Positions 24,858-32,000 of a stretch of 32,000 nt of DNA are shown here, piece by piece. Below the pieces are notes generated by a model, which was not told the origin of the DNA, did not search any database, and was given only the letters and a program-made list of their open reading frames with translations. Every line of letters starts with the position of its first letter. Within the stretch, counting starts at the first letter, position 1. Source of the DNA: Candidatus Nitrosopelagicus brevis (GTDB lineage Archaea > Thermoproteota > Nitrososphaeria > Nitrososphaerales > Nitrosopumilaceae); the NCBI RefSeq assembly GCF_000812185.1, contig NZ_CP007026.1:495222-527221 (forward strand). The letters run 5' to 3'. Position numbers and translations under genes: made by a program.

Positions 24858-24943
24858 GATATTTTGAAATAAGTAACAGACTAGATATTCCTATCCATTT
24901 TGTTATAATACGTTATTAATTCTAAAACGTTCTTCTATGTATC

Positions 24944-26320
24944 ATGAAAAGAATTCTCATTTTAGGTGGTGGTTTTGCAGGATTGGAATGCTGCTTGAAA
25001 CTTGAATCTTATTTCCAAAACAATCCTGAAATCGAACTCACTCTTGTTAGTGAAGATAATTTCATTCTTTTTACACCCATGCTACCGCAAGTAGCCTCTG
25101 GAACAATTGAAACAAGACATATTGTTACCCCTATTCGAACATTGATTAAAAAAACAAAATTCTATGAAGGTAAAATAAAATACATAGATCCTCACGGAAA
25201 ATCTGTCACACTATATGGCACAAATGAAAATCGTGGAATGTTAATTCATTATGATTTTCTTGTAGTTGCATTAGGCAGTCAAACCAATTTCTTTGGTATG
25301 AAAGATGTTGAAGAAAATTCATACAAAATGAATACAATTAATGATGCAATAATACTGCGAAATCGAATTATTGATTTAATGGAACAGGCAGAAAATGAAA
25401 CAGATCCTATTCTTAGAAAAGCATTACTGAAAATTGTAGTTGTAGGTGGAGGTTTTGCAGGAGTTGAAACTGCTGGCGAATTAAATGACTTCATTACAGA
25501 TGTGTCTGAATATTATCCTAGCATTGATGAACATGATGTTAAAGTGGTATTAGTTGAGGCTTCTACTGAAATTTTAAATGGTTTTCCACAAAAGCTTGCT
25601 GGCTTTGCTAAAGAAAAACTTGTAGAAAGAGGAATCGATGTAATTCTTGATGCTGGAGTTACTTCATTTAATGGAAAAGAGGTATTACTGAAAAGTAATT
25701 CTAACTCTGAAAAAGTTCTTCTCAGTGATTCCTCACAACAAAAAGGACATGCTGAATTAGTAGAAATTAATTCTATTTCTTCTCGAACCTTAGTTTGGAC
25801 AGCGGGCATAACTCCAACTGATCTAATTAAAGAATCATTATTCAATACTCATAAAGGCCGTATCAAGGTAAACGAGTTTTTACAAGTTGTGGAATTTCCT
25901 GAAGTCTTTGCAATTGGTGATTGTTCTACATTTGATCCTGAATTAACAATGAAAAAATTCCCTCCAACTGCTCAAATTGCAGAAGCACATGCAAAAATTG
26001 CTGCATCTAATCTAAAGGAATTACTAAAAGGCGGCACATTATCAAAATTTGATTATTCTTGGAAAGGCCAAAGTGCAATAATAGGGAAAAGGACCGGCAT
26101 TGCATCCTTTTTTGGAATCAATATTGCAGGATTTTTGGCATATTTGTTATGGAGAAATCTTTACCTGTCTAAGATAAGAAGCTCTGATAAAAAATTCCGT
26201 GTATGGTTAGATTGGACTCTTGATTTATTCTTTAAAAGAGATATTTCTCGTTTGAAGATCATAAAAAAAGAACGTTCACTTGATTACAAAGAACTAGATG
26301 AAGTAGATGATGTTTGGTAA
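24944..26320 (+). CDS. ndh: Type II NADH:quinone oxidoreductase (NDH-2)-like flavoprotein
   Basis: Two dinucleotide-binding motifs (ILILGGGFAGLE, VVVGGGFAGVETAGE), an AIGDC block and a C-terminal amphipathic/hydrophobic tail. Confidence 0.8.
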   Translation: MKRILILGGGFAGLECCLKLESYFQNNPEIELTLVSEDNFILFTPMLPQVASGTIETRHIVTPIRTLIKKTKFYEGKIKYIDPHGKSVTLYGTNENRGMLIHYDFLVVALGSQTNFFGMKDVEENSYKMNTINDAIILRNRIIDLMEQAENETDPILRKALLKIVVVGGGFAGVETAGELNDFITDVSEYYPSIDEHDVKVVLVEASTEILNGFPQKLAGFAKEKLVERGIDVILDAGVTSFNGKEVLLKSNSNSEKVLLSDSSQQKGHAELVEINSISSRTLVWTAGITPTDLIKESLFNTHKGRIKVNEFLQVVEFPEVFAIGDCSTFDPELTMKKFPPTAQIAEAHAKIAASNLKELLKGGTLSKFDYSWKGQSAIIGKRTGIASFFGINIAGFLAYLLWRNLYLSKIRSSDKKFRVWLDWTLDLFFKRDISRLKIIKKERSLDYKELDEVDDVW

Positions 26321-26459
26321 TTCACATTTATTCTAAAATTGTGAATACTGCATAAAAAATAACAAAAATACCTCCAAGTATCATTGCTTTAGATATTATA
26401 CCCATCAACTGATCTCGAATTTTGAAAAATTTAAAGTAGTAGTATTTGGACAATTTGAT

Positions 26460-26666
26460 GTGAAAAATCTGGCATTACTTGCAATTTTATTTGCAGGGGT
26501 ATTTTCTATAGGCCTAATTTCATCAGCTGATGCACATCCGCATGTATCACTTGAATTGATGAATACACACTCACATGAGATCTTAACAAGCCAAGACTTT
26601 GTCATTCATACCTTTGAACAGGTAGTTCTATTTGTATCTCAATTACAATCTGTTATTTTTAGATAA
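26460..26666 (+). CDS. Small secreted His-rich peptide (68 codons, GTG start)
   Basis: Signal-peptide-like N-terminus KNLALLAILFAGVFSIGLISSADA followed by HPHVSLELMNTHSHE. TATA-like AAAAATTTAAAG at 26425-26436 is about 29 nt upstream. It competes with an antisense ORF at 26405..26605. Confidence 0.35.
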   Translation: MKNLALLAILFAGVFSIGLISSADAHPHVSLELMNTHSHEILTSQDFVIHTFEQVVLFVSQLQSVIFR

Positions 26667-26667
26667 A

Positions 26668-27801
26668 TTATTTTTTTTTAGATTCTGCATCAAATGCGTC
26701 TTTAACTAATTCTTTTGCTTTTTTAATAGTAATTTTCTCTTTTGATTTTCTTAATTCTTCTACGGTTTTAGTTTTTGTCCATCCTTCAGTAACAGCAGTA
26801 TCTAATGTTGATTTTACAAAATTAGATGATACTTTTTCTTCTTTTTCTAATTTCTTTTCTAATTTTGCAATCTTTGATTCTATCTCTTTTTCAGTTTTCA
26901 ATTTTTCTTTCTTTGGTTTGGCACGTTTTTTCTTAGGTTTCTCCTCTTCTGCATGTGGGCCTCCAGAAGATGTCTTTTGCACATAACCTTTTGGCAATGT
27001 TGCACCTTTTTTTGTCATTTTTTCAATATACTCTTCTTTTTCTTTTTCCATCATTTTTTTGGCTTCAGTTTTACTCTTCTTTTCTTCTTTTTCATTTTCT
27101 TCAGCTTCTTTCAACAGTCTTTCATTTTCCTCTTTTTGATCATCTTTTTTCCTTTTCAAATCTTCTTTCAGCATTTGCTCAGCTTCTGCCTTTTCCTTTT
27201 CTTCTGCCTTTTCCTTTGCTTCTGCTTCCTTCAAAAATTTCTCAGCTTTGATTCTCTCTTTTTCTTCTTCTTTTTCGATTAGTTTATTCACTGATTCAGT
27301 TTCATCATTTTTTTGAACCTCTTTTTCTTCTACTTGCTCTATTCTCTGTGTACGACGTTTACGAACAAAATTTCTTGTGTCTTCGGCAACACTTGATGAT
27401 TTCTTTTCAGTTTCTCTAAAACCTTTCAATACATTTGACATTCGTTTCTGAATTGTTGATTTAGCATCTGCTAAAATTTCAGCCTTTGCTTCTTTAACAT
27501 CATTTTCTTCTTTTACATGTTCAATCTTTGATTCAATTTCTGATTCAATCTCTGATTTTGGTTTTAATTTTTTTGAAATTAATTTTTTATATTGTTTACC
27601 GGATTCTTTTTCTAACTTTAACCTTCTTGCAATTCTCTCTTTTAGCTCTTTCACTTCTACATCTTTCTGTTTTTTCTTCATCTTTTGAATTTCATTTTTA
27701 ACCTTGTCAAATTTTTCAAGATATTTTTGTTCATAATTTTGAAGAGTTTCTCTTCGTGAATTGCCTGAACCTTCTTTTTTAGATGAAAATTTCCATTTCA
27801 T
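26668..27801 (-). CDS. Lys/Glu-rich low-complexity (coiled-coil-like) protein, 377 aa
   Basis: Long ATG-initiated ORF dominated by K and E, with non-repetitive N- and C-terminal ends. TATA-like sequence lies about 27 nt upstream. Confidence 0.6.
   Translation of the reverse strand: MKWKFSSKKEGSGNSRRETLQNYEQKYLEKFDKVKNEIQKMKKKQKDVEVKELKERIARRLKLEKESGKQYKKLISKKLKPKSEIESEIESKIEHVKEENDVKEAKAEILADAKSTIQKRMSNVLKGFRETEKKSSSVAEDTRNFVRKRRTQRIEQVEEKEVQKNDETESVNKLIEKEEEKERIKAEKFLKEAEAKEKAEEKEKAEAEQMLKEDLKRKKDDQKEENERLLKEAEENEKEEKKSKTEAKKMMEKEKEEYIEKMTKKGATLPKGYVQKTSSGGPHAEEEKPKKKRAKPKKEKLKTEKEIESKIAKLEKKLEKEEKVSSNFVKSTLDTAVTEGWTKTKTVEELRKSKEKITIKKAKELVKDAFDAESKKK
27183..27218. repeat. 18-bp tandem duplication inside the K/E-rich gene
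   Basis: cttctgccttttcctttt / cttctgccttttcctttg (17 of 18 identical), encoding the EKAEEKEKAE stretch on the minus strand. Confidence 0.8.
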
Positions 27802-27864
27802 GTATGCATTTTTACAATATTGTAATTATACTGTGAATTAATTCTAATTCCTTAGAACATTATT

Positions 27865-30525
27865 CTATTTCTTTGATTTTTTAGTTTTTTTCTGTTCTAT
27901 TGCTGCTTGTGCTGCTGCAACTATTGCAATAGGAATTCTATGTGGTGATGCACTGACATAGGAGACGTTTGCAGAATGACAGAATTTGATTGAATTTGGA
28001 TCTCCACCATGTTCTCCACATATGCCAATTTCCAAATCTTTTTTGATATCTCTTCCTTGCCTAATTCCGATTTTCATAAGATGTCCTACTCCATTTACAT
28101 CGATTGATTGGAATGGACTGGTTTCTAGGAGTTCTTTTTCCATATATTCTGGAAGGAATTTTCCTTCTGCATCCTCTCTACTGAAACTAAATACTGCCTG
28201 TGTTAGGTCATTTGTTCCAAAGCTGAAAAACTCTGCTGTGTCTGCTAATTCATCTGATGTAAGACATGCACGAACAACTTCTAGCATGGTTCCAAAGTTT
28301 ATCTTGAATTTTTTCTTATATTTTTGTTCAATCTCTTTTTTTACATCATCATAAATTGATTTGATATAGTTTAATTCTGCTAAACTTCCTACTTGTGGAA
28401 TCATAATCTGTGGTTTTGCGTTAACCTTTTTCTTTGTAAGCTCTGCTGCGGCTTCAAATACAGCGGTAATTTGCATTTTGTATATCTCTGGATATGTAAT
28501 TGCAACTCTTACTCCTCTATGTCCCATCATTGGATTGATTTCAGCTAATTCGCGTGCTCTATCTAAAACACGTTGAGTTTTTTTGCTTTTGTCGTTTTCT
28601 TTATTCATCCTATCTTTCAATTCTTCAGGATTTGGTAAAAATTCGTGTAATGGTGGATCTAACAATCTAATTGTAACTTTGTATCCCTCCATTGCCTTTA
28701 GAATTCCAATGAAATCACTTTTTTGCAATTCTTGCAATTTTTTGAGTACTTTGTTTCTCTCTTCTTGTGATTCTGCCATAATCATTTCAACAAATAGTCC
28801 GATTCTGTCTGACTCGTTAAACATTCTCTCTGTTCTACACAATCCAATTCCTTGTGCTCCATACTGTCTTGCTAATTTTGCTGCATCTGGAGTATCTGCG
28901 TTTGCACGAATTCCTAATTGTTTTGTATTTTGTGCCCAACTAAGAATTGTTTGAAAATCTTTAGTAACTTTTGGCTCAACTGTTGGTACTTCTCCGATGA
29001 ATACTGTGCCTACACTACCATCAATTGAAACCATCTCATTTTCTTTTACAGTAATTCCATTTGCAGTACATGTATTATTTTCATAATTGATTTTTAATTC
29101 TGCACATCCTACAATACATGGTTTACCCATTCCTCTTGACACAATTGCAGCATGTGATGATTTTCCGCCAAGGCTTGTCAGAATTCCTTCTGCTGAGAAA
29201 AATGCTGGCACGTCTTCTGGTTTTGTTTCTTTTCTAATCAAAATGACCTTTTTTCCTGCTTCTCCTAGTTCAATTGCTTTTTTAACATCAAAAATTGCGA
29301 TTCCGCTTGCAGCTCCAGGTGAGGCTGCAATACCTTTAGCTAATTGTTTATGATCCTTTACCTTTGATTCATCCATTGTTCTGTGAAGTAATGCTTCTAG
29401 TTGTTGTGCTGGAATTCTAGTCAATGATCTATTTTTATCGATTAATTTTTCTTTTACCATGTCTACTGAAGTTTTTACAAGTGCGCCTGCACTCATTTTT
29501 GCAGTTCTTGTTTGTAAGAGATAAAATTTCCCTTGTTCTATTGTAAATTCAATGTCTTGTGGTTCTCTGAAATGTTTTTCCAATTTTTCACATGCATTGC
29601 TTAATTCTTTATGAGATTTTGGCATCTCTTTTTTTAATAATTCTACATTTTTTCCAGTTCTTACACCTGCGACAACATCTTCGCCTTGAGCGTTGGTAAG
29701 ATATTCTCCTTCTATCTCTCGTTTTCCATTATGTCCATTTCTTGTGAAAACAACTCCTGTTGCACTATCATCTCCCATATTTCCAAATACCATTGTAACA
29801 ACATTTACTGCAGTGCCATTTGCAATATCTTTGGTAATCCCATTTTTCTCTCTATATACAACAGCTCTTTCACCCATCCAACTTCTGAATACTGCTTCTA
29901 TTGCCAATCCTAATTGTTCATTTGGCGTATCTGGGAATTTTCTTTTTGTATGATTTTCACAAATTTTCTTATACTCTTTAACAATTTTTTTGAGTGATTC
30001 TACGTTTAGTTTACTATCGTCAGTTACTCCTTGTTTGCTTTTTGCAGAATCTAACACATGATCAAATTTTTCATCATTTACTCCAAAGACGACTTTTCCA
30101 AATAATTGGATGAATCTTCTATACGAGTCCCATGAGAATCTAGGATTTTTTGTTTGTACCGCAAATCCTTCTACAGTTTTTTCATTTAATCCTAAATTCA
30201 AAATTGTATCCATCATTCCTGGCATAGAAATTGCAGCTCCAGAACGAACAGAAACCAATAGTGGATTTTTAGTTGAATTCCATTTCTTTCCAGTCTTTTT
30301 TTCCATTTTTAGAATATTTTTCATCACTGCTGGCATGACGTCTTTTGGAAGCTTTCTTCCATTTTCATAATACTTGTTACAAACTTCTGTTGTTATCGTA
30401 AATCCTGGTGGCACTGGTAATTTTAGGCGTGTCATTTCGCTCAATCCTGCACCTTTTCCTCCTAACAACATTCTCTTTTTACTATCTGCTTCTTCGAAGG
30501 CGTAAACTGGCTTATTTTTTACCAT
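27865..30525 (-). CDS. ppdK: Pyruvate, phosphate dikinase
   Basis: LLGGKGAGLSEM ATP-grasp N-terminus, phospho-histidine block GGKSSHAAIVSRGMGKPCIVG, and PEP-utilising C-terminus FFSFGTNDLTQ and GICGEHGGDP; 886 aa. Confidence 0.95.
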   Translation of the reverse strand: MVKNKPVYAFEEADSKKRMLLGGKGAGLSEMTRLKLPVPPGFTITTEVCNKYYENGRKLPKDVMPAVMKNILKMEKKTGKKWNSTKNPLLVSVRSGAAISMPGMMDTILNLGLNEKTVEGFAVQTKNPRFSWDSYRRFIQLFGKVVFGVNDEKFDHVLDSAKSKQGVTDDSKLNVESLKKIVKEYKKICENHTKRKFPDTPNEQLGLAIEAVFRSWMGERAVVYREKNGITKDIANGTAVNVVTMVFGNMGDDSATGVVFTRNGHNGKREIEGEYLTNAQGEDVVAGVRTGKNVELLKKEMPKSHKELSNACEKLEKHFREPQDIEFTIEQGKFYLLQTRTAKMSAGALVKTSVDMVKEKLIDKNRSLTRIPAQQLEALLHRTMDESKVKDHKQLAKGIAASPGAASGIAIFDVKKAIELGEAGKKVILIRKETKPEDVPAFFSAEGILTSLGGKSSHAAIVSRGMGKPCIVGCAELKINYENNTCTANGITVKENEMVSIDGSVGTVFIGEVPTVEPKVTKDFQTILSWAQNTKQLGIRANADTPDAAKLARQYGAQGIGLCRTERMFNESDRIGLFVEMIMAESQEERNKVLKKLQELQKSDFIGILKAMEGYKVTIRLLDPPLHEFLPNPEELKDRMNKENDKSKKTQRVLDRARELAEINPMMGHRGVRVAITYPEIYKMQITAVFEAAAELTKKKVNAKPQIMIPQVGSLAELNYIKSIYDDVKKEIEQKYKKKFKINFGTMLEVVRACLTSDELADTAEFFSFGTNDLTQAVFSFSREDAEGKFLPEYMEKELLETSPFQSIDVNGVGHLMKIGIRQGRDIKKDLEIGICGEHGGDPNSIKFCHSANVSYVSASPHRIPIAIVAAAQAAIEQKKTKKSKK

Positions 30526-30540
30526 GAAAAATTTGTCGAT

Positions 30541-31203
30541 TTACTGGCTTTTTAAACCCTTACAAAATTCTGAGATAATTTTTTCCCAGTTCTTTGCTTT
30601 GACAATTCCACTAGCAACTAGAATTCCTCTTGATCCTAGTTCTTTTGCTTTTGAAACATCTTGACCTGAAACAATTCCTGCACCGCATAACAATTTTGTA
30701 GAATTTTTAGCAGAACTAACTGCTTTCACTGCATTTGTAATCAATGCTGGTTTTTCAGTAGAAATTGCTCTTCCTGTTCCAATTAATTCTGGAGGTTCAA
30801 TTGCAATGAATGTTGGATTTAATTTTGCATATTTTTTTGCCTCATTGACATTTTTTACACATAGTACTGTCTTTAGTTTTAATTTTTTTAACCGTTTTAC
30901 TAAAGAAATAATCTCTTTTTCAGAAATTCGATGCTCACTATGATTAATTATGGAGCCATTAATTTTTGATTTTTTAACAATTTCTGGAACCATGAATCCT
31001 GTTGTACTTCCAACCTTCTTGTCATCTACGTGTTGCGCTAAAACTGTAATCTTAAATTTTGTAATTAATGGAATGAGGTGGTGTGGAGGTGCAATTGCAA
31101 TTGGCACTTTATACTTTTTTGAGATTTTCTCTGAGATTTTTGCAATCTTGATAATCTTATCTCCTGCTATTTCGTCATAATTTTTACAATTTATGATAAA
31201 CAT
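30541..31203 (-). CDS. tpiA: Triosephosphate isomerase (archaeal short type)
   Basis: MFIINCKNY..., INHSEHR, IAIEPPELIGTG and LCGAGI blocks; 220 aa from ATG 31203. The track ORF extends to an upstream in-frame Met at 31236 that overlaps the preceding gene. Confidence 0.9.
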   Translation of the reverse strand: MFIINCKNYDEIAGDKIIKIAKISEKISKKYKVPIAIAPPHHLIPLITKFKITVLAQHVDDKKVGSTTGFMVPEIVKKSKINGSIINHSEHRISEKEIISLVKRLKKLKLKTVLCVKNVNEAKKYAKLNPTFIAIEPPELIGTGRAISTEKPALITNAVKAVSSAKNSTKLLCGAGIVSGQDVSKAKELGSRGILVASGIVKAKNWEKIISEFCKGLKSQ

Positions 31204-31204
31204 T

Positions 31205-31492
31205 TTATTTCCTAATTGATTCGAAGGCTTTCTCATATTTTAGCTTCATTATGAGAACTGTCATTGTCAAAAACATGGCCGCTACATTAACACCTATTAT
31301 GTAAACATCATCAATTTCAATTCCATAAACAAGCCATAACGCAGCACCCGAAAATATTGCAATAACCAAATATTTTGAAACATCTTCAAGCTTTTTTGTT
31401 TTATAGCCTTGAATTATTTGTGGAACCCATCCTATGAGGATTAAAACTCCTGCTGCTATTGCAACTATTCCTAATGTAAATTCGTCTAACAT
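31205..31492 (-). CDS. SemiSWEET / PQ-loop family 3-TM membrane protein (95 aa)
   Basis: Three hydrophobic helices with the PQ motif in TM1 (LIGWVPQIIQGYKTKK), then ALWLVYG and a third helix ending KLKY. This matches the bacterial SemiSWEET layout as I recall it. Confidence 0.7.
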   Translation of the reverse strand: MLDEFTLGIVAIAAGVLILIGWVPQIIQGYKTKKLEDVSKYLVIAIFSGAALWLVYGIEIDDVYIIGVNVAAMFLTMTVLIMKLKYEKAFESIRK

Positions 31493-31494
31493 GT

Positions 31495-32000
31495 CTAATT
31501 CCAGAAAAATTGGTCCAATCCTGTTTGTTTTGGTTTACCAAGAATAGTATCAAAATCTAGATCCATTGATGATGTAATCTGTTCCAAAGTACTTTCCATA
31601 AACTCCATGTATTTTCCAGAGTCAATTTCATCCTGTCTTGCCAATTCCACTGGTTTTACACCCGGTTTGTTGAGTATTTTAACATATGATATGATATCTC
31701 CTTTCTTTATCTCTCTAGTTGTTTCCAGTTGTTTTGCAGCTCGAATATGTTGTGGGATTGTTTTGACATATTCTGCAGGCGCTTTACTGAGTGTGACATT
31801 AAATGTTAATTCTTTCAATGGAATACTTTTTTCTTGAACTCGTTTTGCATAATCTGCAATTTTATCACTAACCTTCTTTTTTGCATTACCAAATTGTTCT
31901 TCATTTTCAACCTCTGCAAGAATGTCTAGTAGTTCATAAAATAATGTCTTGATAAACGGTGGCGTATGTGATTTTTTTCCTGTTAAGCCTTTTACGTCGA
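31495..32000 (-). CDS. polB: DNA polymerase, family B, C-terminal part (5' end beyond the window)
   Basis: The frame stays open to the window edge (DVKGLTGKKSHTPPFIKTLFYELLDILAE...). The thumb-domain-like tail reads LSKAPAEYVKTIPQHIRAAKQL...GDIISYV. The track start at 31818 is an internal TTG. Confidence 0.85.
   Translation of the reverse strand, partial: DVKGLTGKKSHTPPFIKTLFYELLDILAEVENEEQFGNAKKKVSDKIADYAKRVQEKSIPLKELTFNVTLSKAPAEYVKTIPQHIRAAKQLETTREIKKGDIISYVKILNKPGVKPVELARQDEIDSGKYMEFMESTLEQITSSMDLDFDTILGKPKQTGLDQFFWN

Noticed and set aside
26328-26405. 25-codon minus-strand ORF MGIISKAMILGGIFVIFYAVFTILE (one hydrophobic helix) after the NDH-2 gene
   Set aside because: Hydrophobic micro-ORFs arise easily in AT-rich DNA (Phe/Ile/Leu codons). 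It is too short to support without conservation or expression data.
26405-26605. 66-codon minus-strand ORF (ATG start) overlapping the small secreted-peptide ORF
   Set aside because: It has no motif and a Cys/Asn/Ser/Thr-rich, shadow-like composition. The plus-strand frame has a signal peptide and a correctly spaced TATA-like box. I cannot fully exclude it without strand-specific expression data.
26953-27282. Two Phe/Leu-rich plus-strand ORFs (26953..27282, 26955..27251)
   Set aside because: They are the antisense reading of the K/E-rich (AAG/GAA-rich) gene. Poly-F/L translation is the expected artefact of low-complexity sequence.
27986-30370. Plus-strand ORFs of 75-123 codons inside ppdK
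   Set aside because: They are antisense shadows of a very well supported 886-aa CDS.
6723-31236. N-terminal extensions suggested by the ORF track (TTG/GTG or upstream Met starts at 4833, 6723, 10658, 13448, 18164, 20596, 31236)
   Set aside because: In each case a downstream ATG gives a sensible N-terminus (signal peptide or conserved family start), avoids overlap with the neighbouring gene, and sits about 25-30 nt from a TATA-like box. The start choices remain inferences.
1-32000. Search for tRNA, rRNA, CRISPR arrays, transposases or integrases, long terminal or inverted repeats, and prophage or defence-island signatures
   Set aside because: No intergenic region is long or GC-rich enough to hold a tRNA-like cloverleaf. 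I noticed no spaced direct-repeat array and recognised no transposase, integrase, nuclease or toxin motifs in any ORF. A by-eye search can miss diverged or short elements.

Overview
AT-rich, densely coding archaeal chromosome segment. Gene content and protein sequences look like a marine ammonia-oxidising thaumarchaeon (Nitrosopumilus-like). That placement is my inference: all calls were made by eye, with no similarity search. I call about 44 CDS and find no rRNA, tRNA, CRISPR array, transposase or integrase. The core genes are as follows. Information processing: aEF-2 (5'-partial), TFB, deoxyhypusine synthase, tRNA-dihydrouridine synthase, a YchF/Obg-type GTPase and family-B DNA polymerase (partial at the window end). 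Carbon metabolism: the cobalamin module of the 3-hydroxypropionate/4-hydroxybutyrate cycle (B12-binding mutase subunit, MeaB, catalytic mutase subunit, methylmalonyl-CoA epimerase), pyruvate phosphate dikinase and archaeal triosephosphate isomerase. Other: ilvC, NDH-2, and two futalosine-pathway menaquinone genes (a radical-SAM MqnC/E-type enzyme and mqnD). Positions 3.2-10.5 kb look more accessory: a methyltransferase, a CrtI-like flavoprotein, an SRPBCC protein, secreted proteins, a 2OG oxygenase and several small ORFs. The points most worth a second look are: (1) an orphan UreD/UreH-like gene at the end of the meaB-mutase-epimerase string, with no urease genes in the window; (2) three plausible small metal-binding ORFs below the 60-aa cutoff of the ORF track (a textbook C2H2 finger, a 41-aa Cys/His-rich peptide, and a 39-aa zinc ribbon overlapping an EF-Tu-like protein that lacks a P-loop); (3) a SemiSWEET-like 3-TM gene between polB and tpiA; (4) a small protein translationally coupled to a 2OG-Fe(II) oxygenase; (5) start codons sitting about 25-30 nt from TATA-like boxes, including two divergent gene pairs that each share a single TATA element in a 51-nt spacer. 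I do not see a clear-cut novel multi-gene system; the hypotheses below are speculative and marked as such.
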